Below, one piece after another: positions 36,481 through 50,750 of a stretch of 64,000 bases of DNA (positions are counted from its first letter, which is position 1; every line of letters begins with the position of its first letter). The notes beneath the pieces are model-generated. The model was not told the DNA's origin. It saw only the letters and a program-made list of their open reading frames with translations, and did not search any database. Position numbers and translations under genes: made by a program. This stretch comes from Mustelus asterias. Its lineage: Eukaryota. The stretch lies in the NCBI RefSeq assembly GCF_964213995.1, contig NC_135817.1, forward strand, positions 44,454,001 through 44,518,000, read 5' to 3'.

Positions 36481-38036
36481 CCTGTTTTTTAAAAAAATGC
36501 ATTTAGTGAAGTCTGTAGATTTTCAGAAATCCTATAGTAGCTTTTAACTGCACTTTTCCGTGCAGGCCATACATCAAAACCAAACCACAGTTTGGGGACT
36601 ACAATTGGTCTGAGAGGCAGCTAGGTTGGTGCTTAGTTCTCACCTCAAATAATACTGGATGGGATTAGATAGCTATCTGAAAAAATTGAGCTGAAGGATC
36701 TATTCAGATCGCATAACTTTTGTCATAAACTGAAGAATATTTATGTGGCCATTATATTCTGATCACCTATGGTAGAAAAATCTTGAAGAAAAATATTTCA
36801 TTTAGCATTTATTGTACGGGGGTCTACATGCTTATTTATAGTTACACATGACCTAGTATTACAATGAGACTCTCAAAGTGTCATTTATCTGAGATTGACA
36901 TGGAATATAAAGTTCACAGTTAATTCCCTTTAAGAAAATCTGCTAAAATAATGGAAATAAATGATTGGATCTTGGTTGGGATGGTTGCTGATTGTTATGA
37001 TATTAGCAGGCTTAATAATGGGTGAAAGATCCAAAGGGTTGTGTTGTTTATAATTACACAAATATTCTAGAGAAATTAAAGTGCAGAGACTTTTCATTTT
37101 CATGGACTGGCACTTGAGACATGGAATTTTATGATCGGATCACAAGTGGACTTTGAGCAATGGCAAGTAAACTAACACTTAAATTAATAAGACAGCATTG
37201 ATCTTTCTGTGCACCTACAACTTCTTATCATTTGCTAAGTGTGTGAATACATTCCAACATTATAATCTGTAGTTTTTCATTCAACCTTGATGCTACTTTT
37301 CAATTCAAGTACCAAGAATGAACAGCCTGTGAATAATTGGTTTGTTCTTCACATGCATTGCAGGATTCCATCAAGAGCACGAAGCTTTGAGAGAGATGTT
37401 TGTGAACTGTCTGATATTTATATTTTGAGGTAGATTTCAGAATTGTTTGATGTATAACAGAATTGAACACTGGGATTTCTGGCTTCATGGGTATACCGGA
37501 GGCAAAAGGCATATGTAATTAACTAATACTGAGCTTAGTGTGATTGTGATTGTTTTTTAAGAAAATAAATTCCAAGTTGAAAATAAAGAGCAATTCTATC
37601 CAACAGATTAGGCAAGCAGCATTGGCAGGCACATGTAACAAGTTTAATACAATAACTCTCTGATAATTCTTTCATCAGGTTAGATTACTTTGATGGACAC
37701 ATATAAATGGGTTTAATATATCACCCGATTAATTCTGTTCAACAGTTGTCTGACGCAGGAAAAATAAGATCACTATAACATCACAAGGAGAGACAGCAAA
37801 AGTTGCCAGATAGAATGCTTGAGATCAAGACTTGTATAGCAGGTGGTCAGAGAGGCAAAGGAGGTGGTGGAGTAAGCTGTGACACTTTGGGGACAAAGAA
37901 ACTTATGAGCTCCTCAACTAGCAGCCAGTGAGAGGTCAGGGGAGATAGATGGGAGCTCGGACATGTTGTGCTTTAGACTGCAAACTGGAGAAGAACAGCA
38001 CTTCCCATTTTCTATTTTCTCTCTTTTTTTTGTTAG

Positions 38037-38247
38037 AATGAAGAGAAAATCAAAAAACAGAAAGAAAAGATCAAACCAAAATCTAATGGAGAGATTCTAC
38101 TTAGTGCTTCAGAAGCGACAAAATCGTCCAAAATGCAAAAAGAATCCGGCAATGGCAATCAAAATATTGAGAAAGTGAAGCCGATTGCCCATGTATTAAC
38201 TGAGCAACAGCAGGAAATCGAGCACAACCGGAAAATGCCAGACTCTG
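38037..38247 (+). CDS. ARL13B: ARL13B coding exon (exon 7 equivalent)
   Basis: Polypyrimidine tract, ttag|AAT GAA...TCT G|gtaatt; open frame NEEKIKKQKEK...; phases fit both flanking exons; sequence is divergent. Confidence 0.85.
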
Positions 38248-38397
38248 GTAATTTTACAAATGAAGTTGCTTTGGGAATATGAAGCAAGCAATAACACACA
38301 GCAACTGTGTCTGAATTTGCTCAGCGTATTGTTTATTAGACTTGATAAAATGGTGTTTATACTTAACTGTATATTTAAAATTATATATTTTAAACAG

Positions 38398-38505
38398 AAT
38401 CAGGGAAGAGAAAGGTCAAAAAAATTCCCATAAAGAGAAAGAACAAGGTGGAACCATTCAGTACAGATGATGACTCTGAAAATTCCAGTCCACCACCACC
38501 ACCAG
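38398..38505 (+). CDS. ARL13B: ARL13B coding exon (exon 8 equivalent) with ciliary-targeting VxP motif
   Basis: aacag|AA...CCA G|gtgag; encodes SGKRKVKKIPIKRKNKVEPFSTDDDSENSSPPPPP. Confidence 0.92.
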
Positions 38506-39211
38506 GTGAGCACAAGTTCCTTTTTCTGGCATGTACCCAATAAGAGAACCTGTTACCTTCAGAAACAAAGAGAGCAATAAATTATTATGCTTGAAATGGA
38601 GCATTCACAAATACTGTAGAAAAAAAATGAAATTCAGAAAAGATATTCAAATTAAAAGAAATTCCTAGCATGTGGTGACAAATTATAATAATTTGGCTGT
38701 TATTTTAAGAATGAATAGAACTGGCAAATACAATTCGACTGTTTTTCAAAAAACAGAAGCAGTAATCTGATCTACAGCTGTATACAATGGAGAACTGCAT
38801 CATATTGGAATACACAAAGCTAGTATATCCCCGGTTGGTTGATAATAGGGTGATTGTGGGTATGCGTTCATTGACATTATCTGTCTCTTACTGGCAAGAA
38901 AAATTCAGTCAAGGTACCCACTTCTAACTTCTATCTAATGATCTATGCTCAAAAGTATGCATGCGAATGCAGGTTGGGAACTGAATTTGCTTTGTCCAAC
39001 TTGCTCTGCACAACCACCCTTGCCCACTATCCAGCCTCACATGGGAAGAATAGAAAACTGTGTAAGCTAATAATCATTGCTAGAACCAATGTAAGTGCAC
39101 CAAAGCAAGAGTTGGCACCTTCAAGAAAAAGGTTTTTAAAAAATAAAGGTTGTGGGTGTTATACTACACAACCAGCTGATGAAGGATAATACTGGAACCA
39201 AACTTTACTCA

Positions 39212-39990
39212 GAACAAGAACAAAGAACAATACAGCACAGGAACAGGCCCTTCGGCCCTCCAAGCCCGCGCCGCTCCCCAGTCCAGGATTGAATCCTGAA
39301 TCCAGGATCCCCGCCCAATTTTCCAGCCTATCTACATACCAATATCCTATCCACCGAGCTGTCCCTCACAGCTACGATGCTTTGTTCATTACAACCTATT
39401 AACTCACCCCCACCCCCCCATTCCAGACCATGTGATCTCCAGGGAGAGGCGAAAACCCAGAGTGAAAAACCCCAGGGCCAATATGGGGAAAAAAAATCTG
39501 GGAAATTCCTCTCCGACCCCCTGAGGCGATCGAAACGAGTCCAGGAGATCACAATGGCCCTGATCGGGAAATGCTTCCCAACCCTAGTCATTTCCACTTC
39601 CACGAACACCATATGAATTCCCTGCCCCCGAGACAGGTTCCCAACTATCCGCAGTCTTGCTCTGTACTGGCACCAGCAAGATGATCATAGAATGAAGCCT
39701 TGAAACGAGAAACAAGGAACAATTAGCCCGCGCCGCTCCCTGGTCCAGACTAGACCACTCTTTTGTATCCCTCCATTCCCACTCCATTCATATTGCTGTC
39801 TAGATAAGTCTTAAACGTTCCCAGTGTATCCGCCTCCACCACCTTGCCCGGCAACACATTCCAGGCCCCCACGACCCTCTGTGTGAAATATGTCCTTCTG
39901 ATATCTGTGTTAAACCTCCCCCCCTTCACCTTGAACCTATGACCCCTCGTGAACGTCACCACCGACCCGGGGAAAAGCTTCCCACCGTTC
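39212..39990 (-). mobile_element. Second copy of the long-3'UTR CR1 family, 5'-truncated
   Basis: Near identical to 16168-16891 and extends about 60 bp further 5'. Confidence 0.9.
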
Positions 39991-40096
39991 AGTCTAACAT
40001 TTATTAACAGTGATTCATTATGATCATACACCTCCTAACTACACCTCTGTTTCTGTGAGTGTCCCTTTATATTTGCTCAAGTGAAACTCTAATTAA

Positions 40097-41981
40097 TAGA
40101 ACATAGAACATTACAGCGCAGTACAGGCCCTTCGGCCCTCGATGTTGCGCCGACCAGTGAAACCAATCTAAAGCCCCTCTAATCTATACTATTCCAATAT
40201 CATCCATATGTTTATCCAATAACCATTTGAATGCTCTTAATGTTGACGAGTCCCCTACTGCTGCAGGCAGGGCATTCCACGCCCTTACTACTCTCTGAGT
40301 AAAGAACCTACCTCTAACATCTGTCCTATATCTCTCACCTCTCAATTTAAAGCTATGTCCCCTCGTGTTAGCCATCACCATCCGAGGAAAAAGGCTCTCA
40401 CTATCCACCCTATCTAATCCTCTGATCATCTTGTATGCCTCTATTAAGTCACCTCTTAACCACCTTCTCTCTAACGAAAACAACCTCAAGCCCCTCAGCC
40501 TTTCCTCATACGATGTTCCCACCATACCAGGCAACATCCTGGTAAATCTCCTCTGCACACTTTCCAACACTTCCACATCTTTCCTATAATACGGCGACCA
40601 GAACTGTACGCAATACTCCAAGTGCGGCCGCACCAGAGTTTTGTACAGTTGCAGCATGACCTCCTGGCTCCGAAACTCAATCCCTCTACCAATAAAAGCT
40701 AACACACCGTACGTCTTCTTAATAACCCTATCAAACTGGGTGCCAACTTTGAGGGATCTATGCACATGGACACCCAGATCCCTCTGTTCATCCACACTAC
40801 CAAGTATCTTACCATTAGCCCAGTACTTTGTATTCCTGTTACTCCTTCCAAAGTGAATCACCTCACACTTTTCCACATTAAACACCATTTGCCACCTCTC
40901 AGCCCAGCTCTGCAGCTTATCTATGTCCCTCTGTAACCTGCCACTTCCCTCCACACTGTCTACAACTCCACCGACTTTAGTGTCATCTGCAAATTTGCTA
41001 ATCCATCCTTCTACGCCCTCATCCAGGTCATTAATAAAAATGACAAACAGCAGTGGCCCCAAAACAGATCCTTGCGGTACACCACTAGTAACTGAACTCC
41101 AGGATGAATTTTTCCCATCAACCACCACCCTCTGTTTTCTTACAGCTAGCCAATTCCTGATCCAAACCACTAAATCACCCTCAATCCCATGTGTCTGTAT
41201 TTTCTGCAAAAGCTTACCATGGGAACCTTATCAAACGCTTTGCTGAAACCCATATACACCACATCAACCGCTTTACCCTCATCCATCTCTTTGGTCACCT
41301 TCTCAAAGAACTCAATAAGGTTTGTGAGGCACGACCTACCCTTCACAAAACCGTGCTGACTATCCCTAATCAAATTATTCCTTTCTAGGTGATTATAAAT
41401 CCTATCTCTTATAATCCTTTCCAAAACTTTGCCCACAACAGAAGTAAGGCTCACCGGTCTATAATTACCAGGGTTGTCCCTACTTCCCTTCTTGAACAAG
41501 GGGACAACATTTGCTATCCTCCAGTCTTCTGGCACTGTTCCTGTAGACAAAGATCAAAGCCAAAGGCTCTGTAATCTCCTCTCTAGCCTCCCAGAGAATC
41601 CTAGGATAAATCCCATCCGGCCCAGGGAACTTATCTATTTTTACCCTTTCCAGAATTGCTAACACCTCCTCCTTATGAACCTCAATCCCGTCCAGTCCAA
41701 CAGCCTGCATCTCAGTACTCCCCTCGACAACACTGTCCCTCTCCTGTGTGAATACTGACGAAAAATATTCACCTAGTGCCTCTCCTATCTCTTCAGACTC
41801 CACGCACAACTTCCCATTACTGTCCTTGACTGGCCCTAATCTTACCCTAGTCATTCTTTTACTCCTGTCATACCTATAGAAAGCTTTAGGGTTTTCCTTG
41901 ATCCTACATGTCAAAGACTTCTCATGTCCCCTCCTGGCTCTTCTTAACTCTTTCTTTAGGTCCTTCCTGGCTAACTTGTAA
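40097..41981 (-). mobile_element. 5'-truncated, frameshifted CR1 LINE (RT region)
   Basis: Three overlapping ORF pieces (41480-42022, 41170-41550, 40184-41209) with RT motifs; (TTCTATG)n tail. Confidence 0.93.
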
Positions 41982-42759
41982 TGTCCTTCTGCTGCATATA
42001 ATAAAACACAATTAATATACAATTAACAGTTGGGGGGGAGGGTGCATGGCAGACTGCCTAAATGAAAGCCCAAAAGTGTTTTAATATTGTGCGGCATTAC
42101 ATATTGTGAACAATTTGCTTTTTCCGGAAATTTGAGTTTATTGATGTGAAAAATATTGAGTAGATATATTTTGAAAAATAGCTGTTCCTGTCTTCCATGA
42201 CCTGCATAATGTGACATGCAAGCCTGTAACACAAATATTTTAATTGATCTGTAATGGTACTAGCTGGAAACATTCAAAGAAGCATATTGAGGTTGTGGAA
42301 TATCAGCAAAGTATGAAGTACAAGTTCCATATAGATTAGAAATTCTCTCAGCTTACATTCTAGCTTCCTATTTTCATACTGTTAGTTTTAGAGATGTATC
42401 ATAGAACACACAACAAAAATAAATTATCCTTGTGTACTGAAACCTCTGGGTAAATTATCTAAATCTAACCTGTTTCTGTTGCAATAAAATGTGTAAGTCT
42501 TGATCAACTTCAGGTTGTAAAATCAGCTTTAAATGCAACCTATGTATCTGATTTTTTAGCAGGTATTTAATATGGTATTTAAGAAACTGTAGTGCTACCT
42601 GTAGAGGTTATAAAATTAAAGTTAATCTTCAGTCTTATTTCTCTTGTTGATTTAGGTAAATCAAGACATTCCCAATATGGGAAAAAAGGAACCTCCAATT
42701 AAGAATCTAATCATTCACTTCCCTCCACCCCCTATGCCTCTCACAAAATGTATTCAAAT

Positions 42760-43510
42760 CACAGAATTATTATGGCCCAAGAGGACGCCATTTGGCATCC
42801 TCCTGGGCCATTTGGCCCATCATGTCTACACCAGCTTTCCAAATGAAAGTCATAATAACTTGATGATTTTTTCCTGCACCCAGGCACATTGTTTCTATTC
42901 AAGTAATCATCAAATGCCCTCTTCGTTGCCTTGTTCAAGCCTGCCTCAACCACATTCCAGGCATTGAATTCCAAACCTAGATCACTTGTGAAAACGTTTT
43001 TCTGACATCACAATTACTTCTTTTGCAAATCACTTTGAATCTGTGCCCTCTCATTTTTGATCCTTTTATCAGCAGGAACAGTTTCTCCCTACCTGTCCAG
43101 CCCCTCATGATTTTGAACATCCCTATCAAATCTCCTCTTTGTCTTCTCCTCTCCAAGAACAGTCCAAACTCTGCCAATCTTTCCTCATAACTGAAGTTTC
43201 TCATTCCTGGAACCATTCTTGTAAACCTCTTCTGCATTCTCTCCAATATGTTCACATCCTTCCTATAGTGTGGTGCCCAGAACTGTACACAATATTCCAG
43301 CTGGGATCTAACTAGTGTCTTTTATAAATTCAACATAACTTCCTTGCGCTTGTACTCTATGCCCTTATTAATAAAGCCCAGAACACTCTGCATTATTAAA
43401 TGCTGTCTCCACCTGTTCTGCCACCTTCAATGATCTATGCATCTATACACACAGGTCCCTTGCTCCTGTGCCCCTTTAGAACTCCTGATTTTATTTTATA
43501 TTGCCTGGCA
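42760..43510 (-). mobile_element. Decayed CR1 3' fragment
   Basis: LERMQKRFTRMVPGMRNFSYEERL...RGHRFKV. Confidence 0.8.
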
Positions 43511-44830
43511 ATATAGTAATGGCAGCATTAGTAAGATAAATACTACTTCTGTCAGTCAAAAACAATTATTTAATGGTACGATGCATTTGTCTCAATCTGT
43601 GATAAAATATTTGTTCCTTGTTTCATAATTGCCTTTGAAAGTATTTACTGTCAGGGTAGTCGTAATAGGGATGGTATCTGTGTTAATTGATTCAGATACC
43701 AGTAACCACGTCTAGGACATTCTAGGAAGCATTAGGCAACAATGGCCATCCACACAGCATCTTTTAATTAATGGAGTTAATGATGAACATCTTGGAGATT
43801 TTTCCTATCAAGTGGGAAATCCAATGGGCCAAAGCAAATAAATTGGAAAAAGGAACACGTTCAAGTATGATAGTTCCATCAGGATATCGATCTTGTCTCT
43901 CAGGTTGCCAAAAGCAAATTTCAATCATTGCTTTCAAGTTCCACAGCTGAGTCATAATTCTTTATCCTGACCAGGAATTGTTTTTGAACTAAGGCCCTAG
44001 AATCTTGTACTCATAGCGTCCTAGCAAGATGCACTCTGAAAAAAGCCTCAGGTTAAATAGGCAAAAGCTCTGTAATGTTTAATGGATATTTTATCAGTTA
44101 ACAAGACCTTCCAAGTTCCTCCCATAATTAAAGATGTTATGTGAATGGCCATTCTTGCCTCTTGTTTCCCAGTAAGGCCTCGACATGGCGATTAGATATC
44201 AGAATTAGATATAGTTGCTGGATTAAAATACCCAGAATAATTCCACACATGTAGTTCAGAGGTTTTATGACTCCGGGTTATTTTAAGTTTTGGATGTCTC
44301 AGCAACTACAAGGAAGCTTATTCAAGGGGATGAATCATCCTGTTAAAGCCATAAAATTTCAAAACATCTTTTGAACTCAACCACAACATCCTGAGAATGA
44401 AAATTTTAAGGTCTAAGTCACTTGCCCAATTCACCAAGGTAGCTTCAAAGATTCATGTTCTCGCCCGTTGCCATCTTAGCATCTCAACAAAATGAGCATG
44501 CCTGCACCAAATTCTTCAATTTCTAGGGCATCTAACTAACTTGAGGACTATTTTTAGTGGTTCAAGTTTATTCTGAATGTTCTCCTATACTCTAAAAGAA
44601 AAATCATGTTGATGCCAGCTAACTAATATTTTCATTTGTTCTTTCCAAATCATACTTTCTTGAATATTATGTTTGCTCTAATATTTGTTGGTTCATTGCA
44701 GCTCACTTGGATGTTTTGGCTTTTTAAAAGCTTCTTCTTGCTTTGTTGGATTTTAACATCAACAACGTAGCAAGATTCTTTTCAAGCCAGACTTCCATGT
44801 TTAATGGTGATTTTATCTGTCTTCCTTTAG

Positions 44831-44899
44831 TCGGCTGGGGTACTCCCAAAGTTACCAGACTTCCAAAACTTGAACCTCTTGGTGAAACCCAACGTAATG
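44831..44899 (+). CDS. ARL13B: ARL13B coding exon (exon 9 equivalent)
   Basis: ctttag|TC...AAT G|gtaaat; encodes [23 protein letters not shown], near identical to the mammalian segment. Confidence 0.96.
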
Positions 44900-45177
44900 G
44901 TAAATTCTTTTCAACGTTCAGTGTTGCTCAGCATGCTTATTTTGCACTCCATTTGTTTGTTCAGCAGCAACTTCCATTAATGACCGTATAATATAAAACC
45001 CTGAAGCAATCACTGTAATTTGTTTTATTTTTTTAAATGGTTTTAGAGACTTTGGTATTATTTCATGGTAAGAACATGTCTATTATGCATAATTTGTGTG
45101 ACATTTCAGAGTTATCTGTTTGGAGTAATTTTTGCTCTCTTCAGCCTCGTCAGTATGACACTTATTACAGCCGATAT

Positions 45178-45350
45178 ATTGCCCCTTGGTGTCCAAAGAT
45201 GTGCAGGTTAGGGAGATTAGTGGGGTAAATATGTGGGGTTATGGGCATAGTGCAGTGGGTGGGCCTGAGTAAGGTGCTTCTTCGGAGATTCGGTGCAGAC
45301 TTGTTGGGCTAAACGATCTCCTTCTGTACTGTAGGGATTCTATGGATTCT
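45178..45350 (+). mobile_element. HE1 SINE 3' half
   Basis: attgcccctt...ctgtagggattctatggattct. Confidence 0.7.
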
Positions 45351-47607
45351 GAATGTATATCTAACAAAGTAGTGTATTATTTTAATAACTATTACAAATG
45401 GCACACTGAATAGAACAAATTCTAATATATTGCTATTGCTATGGTAGATCCCAGAAAATATTTTCACTGTATTCTTATTCACAGAAAACCTCAGTACTGA
45501 AGCACTTTGAGCGTCTTGAGTCCATGCCTTGAAATTGCTGTTCCTTTGCCAAAGTTTGCAACTCCTCTTTCAAATTCCACTTGGATTGGCTTTTTAAATT
45601 CCGGGGTTGTGTTCACATCATGAGTCCACAACATGCCCACTGCTCTTCATTCAACACCAAACTCAGAAGTAAAATGATAAATAAGCTGACTGTGTTAAAA
45701 TGCCAGACAGACATGTTGAAATTACCTGTAGGTTTCTCAAGTAATATTGGACACCCCGCACCACCAATGCACCTCAAAGTGAGTATTGGTGTTCATGTTT
45801 CTGTTATCACATTGACCTGCAAACACACTCTAACTGGTTTCTCTCTATCTACATATATCTTCACATTCTTGCTTTTATATACCACTTAAAAACTGTAATC
45901 GATACTGTAGCTAAATTAAGGGAAACATAGTTTTTTTTTAAAAAGAGTTGCAGTCACAAGTAGAAGAATGTTTAAAGAAGCAGCAGCTGCACAGTGGCGG
46001 AGAGTTAGCTCCTTAATATTAGAATGGTATAATAGTCTGGAGTAAGTGTAGTACAGATTTATCAAGACAAAAGGGATGAGGAATCTTGAATTTCAGGGAA
46101 AGGCTAAGTCAACTGGGGCTGGATTCTTTTCAACTTCAGAAAGATAAATGAAATAAGGTAAATTCAAGGTATAGATTCACGATCTTAAGATAAGCACAAG
46201 ATGCTTTAAGAAAGAGGTTTAATGAAACTTATTTGCACCCAGGTGTTATTGTTATGTGAAATACTTTGGCAAAAGTTGTGATAGCTGCCAACTTCCAGTG
46301 GTAACGATAAGAATATAGAGAGAAAATAACACAATGAAACTGTATGAAGTCAACATCCAAATCAGCATAAGTGTCTTGTACTAGAATCGTGATATTTCCA
46401 AAGCTAGATTGTATTCTTCTCATGTCGTCATTGTTTCTTTTACCAATCAACTTAAATCAGTGTCCTGTAGTTCGCAACACCTGTCAGTGGGAACAGTTCT
46501 TTTTCTACCTGTACTTGCCTAGACCCATCATGATTTCGAACAGCTCTTCTCAGATTTCCTCTCAGTCTTTAAAAGTTTCTTAAAGGAAGAAAGCACAGTA
46601 GAGAGATGGAAAGGTGTAGGGAGGGAAGTTTAGAACTTGGGGTGCAGGCAATTGAAGGCACGGCCATTAATGGTGGAACAATTATGATTTAGAATGCACA
46701 AGAGGCCAGTATTAGAAGGGTACAGTTATCTCAAAGTGAACTGATTGGGCTGTAGTTGCTGGATTTATCTTTTCAATCAGTTTTGAACAAGGATGTAACA
46801 TTTACAATTTTCTAGATTTTTGGCACCACCCCAATATCTAATGAGGATTGGAAGATTATGGCCAGTACCTTTGTAGTTTTCACCCTTACCTACTTCAACA
46901 TCCTCTGATGTGTCCTACTTGGTTCTAGTGACCCATCAACTTTCTCATAGCTGATCTTTCTCATAACTCCTCTATCAATTCTTAACCTTTCCAGTATCTC
47001 CTCTCCCATCATTACTTTGCTGCCAACTTCTTCCTTGAAAAGACAGACGGAGAACTACTCATCCTCCATCTTTAGATCCCCTTTTTGGTTCCTGATCGGC
47101 CAGTCAGCACCTTTTGCTGTTTATATGCCTAAAGACGACTTTTGGATTCCATTTTATGTTAGCTACCAGTCTGTTCTCAAGCTCCCTTCCTTTTCACTTC
47201 TGTTCTGAACCTTCTGTTACGGGCCTGATTCTTTCTTGTAATACCAACCTGCCTATCTGTTATTTGCCCCCTTCTTTCTACTTCAGTTTATTCACTGCCT
47301 CTTGTATCATCCAGTGAGCTTTGGGTTTGGTTGCACTACCATTCTCCATCATGGAAATGTACCTTGCCTGTATCCAAACTATTTTCTCTCTAAAGATAGC
47401 CTATTGTTTTGTTACAATTTTGCCTGCCATTCTCCACAATTGCTATATTATGATAATTAATGGCTCCCATTATCACTACTCTTCTGATTCTTTTTGACTA
47501 GTTGGTGACCTAAGAAAATACATTTTCTTAATTCTACCAAATGTCTTTGATTCCTGAAGGACATCCCACTCCCTCCAGCACTGCATTATTCTTCTTAATC
47601 GCCTCCT

Positions 47608-48520
47608 TAAATTCCCCTCCAACTCTATTTTCAAATTCCCCTCGAACTCAATTTTTAAGTTTGCTGATGACACCACCAGTGTGGGTCGGATTTCAAACAA
47701 TGACGTGACACAGTACAGGAAAGAGATAGACAATCTGGTGAACTGGTGCGACAACAATAATCTCTCCCTCGATGTCAACAAAACGAAGGAGATGGTCATC
47801 GACTTCAGGAAGTGTAAAGGAGAACATGTCCCTGTCTACATCAACGGGGACGAAGTAGAAAGGGTTGAGAGCTTCATGTTTTTAGGTGTCCAGATTACCA
47901 ACAACCTATTCTGGTCCCTCCATGCCAACGCTATATTTAAGAAAGCCACCAATGTCTCTACTTTCTCAGGAGACTAAGGAAATTTGGCAAAGGGGAATTG
48001 TCCACGACAACTCTCACCAACTTCTACAGATGCACCATAGAAAACATTCTTTCCAGTTGTATCTCAGCTTGGTATGGCTTCTGTTCTGTCCAACACTGCA
48101 GTAAACTACAAAGGATTGTGAACGAAGCCCAGTCCATCATTCAAACAAGCCTCCCATCCATTGATACTATCTATACTTTCCACTGCCTCAGAAAAGCAGC
48201 CAGCATAATCAAGGACCCCACACACCCCGGACATTCTCTCTTCCACCTTCCTCCATTGGTAAAAAGATACAGAAGTCTGAGGACAAGTACTAACCAACTC
48301 AAAAATAACTTCTTCCCTTTTGCCATCAGACTTTTGAATGGACCGATCTTGCATTAAGTTGATCTTTCTCTACACCCTAGTTATGACTGTAACACTACAT
48401 TCTGCAATCTCTCCTTTCCTTCTCTATGTATGGTATGTTTTGTGTGCTTAGCGTGCAAGAAACAATACTTTTCACTGTACACTAATAGTACATGTGACAC
48501 TAATAAATCAATTAATCAAT
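47608..48520 (+). mobile_element. 5'-truncated Rex1/Babar-like LINE inserted in an old CR1
   Basis: KFADDTTSVGRISNND...LVNWCDNNNLSLDVNKTKEMVIDFRK and FYRCTIENILS; tail aataaatcaattaatcaat; frameshifted. Confidence 0.8.
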
Positions 48521-49544
48521 ACCGCCATCCCTCTCCTTTCTCTTCTGAACACCTGCATCTAGGAATATTTCTAACCCAGTCTGTCCATTTTTTAATAGGT
48601 CTCTTATCACAGTATCATATTCTGATATGGTGATTTGCTCCTGCAATTCACAAACTTTATTTAACATTATCTGTGTGTCCACATACATGCACTGTAAACC
48701 TAATTTAGATCTTATTTCAATCCCTCTTTGTCTGACTCCATACGATACCTTGTTATTTCTAACTCTACTGCACAATCTGTCCTAATCCTTTGTCGAACTT
48801 GTTTTTTCTTTCTAATGCTACATCTTGGTTTCCATCCCACTGCCAAGTTGCCTTAAACCCTCCTAGAAGAAAAACAGGTAAGAATAGTGGGAATAGGACA
48901 AGAGAATTAAAATAGCAAGCTTCCAGCTCAGTCATATTTGCAGACTGATGGAGGTATTCAGCACAAGTGAGCTCACTATCTGCATTTGGTCTCCAAAGTC
49001 GAGGGGACCACTATGCTGCAGCAAGGTGGCAACTGTGTTAATGAGATTTTATAATGTGTTGGAAGCATTTTCTAGCCACAAGGATTCTGGCACCTGATTG
49101 CTATTTAGTGGCCCTTGATGGAAATACATCTATGTAGGTATTATTTTGTCGTAGGTTTACACTTGATGTATGGTGCTCTCAGTGTATCAACAGTCTGTTT
49201 ATACGCATGGTCAAGACTCTATATAAATATTTATCTTTGTGGGCCAGATACCAGAAAGCAACTACCAACTGTAGAACTATTCCTTTAGCAAGTAATGTAA
49301 TGCCTTCAGGAGAGGAACATGTGTACGTTACATTATTTTTGGCAAAAGTTATTATTGACTTTTCCAGTACATGTATGTGAACACACAGAAAATTGGGAGG
49401 AAATTAAGAAAAATAGACAAGAACAATAAAATTTTGAATGTATTAATAAACCACCTCGATGTTGTTTCACTGATCTTAATAATATGTAATCTATACTGTT
49501 TAAATTACTGTTCTAGTTGTCATAATTATCCTTTATTGTATAAC

Positions 49545-50750
49545 ACTGCTGTAAATGCATTTAAGGCGGTTCAGAGGAGGTTTACTAGATTGCCACTTGG
49601 AATTGAATGGATTGTCTGATGAGGATGGTTTGGACAGGCTGGGCTTGTTTCCACTGGAGTTTAGAATAGAGTAGTACTTGAAGTATATAAGATCCCATAT
49701 GGTCTTGACAAAGTGGACGTGGAGAGGATGTTTCTTATTGTGATTTGTGGCAGGACAGGTGGCAAGATCAGTTCATAAAGCATTTAGTATTTTGGGCTTT
49801 ATTAATCAAGGCATAGAGTACAAGAGCAAGGAGATTATGCTGAATTTACACAAGACATTTGTTCAATCTCAGCTGGAACATTGTGTACAATTCTGGCAAC
49901 ACATATAGGAAGAATGTGAACATATTGCAGAGTACAGAAGAGCTTTACAAGAATGGTTCCAGGGATGAGACACTTCAGTTATGAGGATAGATTGGAGGGA
50001 TTGAGACTATTCTTTTTGGAGAGAAGGCAGCTGAGAGGAGACTTGACAAAGATGTTTAAAATCACGTGGGGGCGGGACAGAGTAAATAGGAAAAATCTGC
50101 CCTTGTAAAATGATCCAAGAATGAGAGGGCACAGATATAAAGTGATTTGCAAAAGAAGCTAAAGTGATGTGAGAAAAAGCATTTTCGCACAGAGTGGTTC
50201 AGGTCTGGAATGCACTGCCTGGAAGTGTGGTGTAAGGAAGTTCAACTGAGGCATTCAAAAGGCATTAGACGATTACTTGAATAGAAACGATGTGCAGCGA
50301 TATGGGGAATGGCACTAAACGATGATGCTCATTTGGAGAGCTAGTGCAGACATGATGGGCCAGATGGTCTCCTTCTGCATCTATTAATAAAGTCCTGAAT
50401 CCGATATGCTTTGTTAACTGATCTCGCCACCTGTGCTGCCACCAATCAATGATTGAGTCAAGAACAAGAGGGGCGCTATTGTAAAATTAGGGGTTGCCTT
50501 TGTAGGAAAGCAATGAGGAGAAGTGTTTCGAGGTTATGCATCTTTGGAACTCTCTGCCTTAGAAGGCAGTGGAAGCAGTGCCATTGAATATTTTAAAGGC
50601 AGAGGTATACAGATACTTGCTAGGCAAGGCAATCAAAAGTTATCATGGGTAGATGAGAATGTGGAACTCAAAAACACGAACAGAATGGTGGAGCAGACTA
50701 GAGGGGCCGAATGGCTGCCTTCTCCTATTTTGTATGTTCATATGTACTGC
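49545..50750 (+). mobile_element. Nested decayed CR1 3' fragments
   Basis: AVQRRFTRL, gagagggcacag...gtctggaatgcactgcctg and ggccgaatggc 3' hairpin motifs. Confidence 0.7.
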
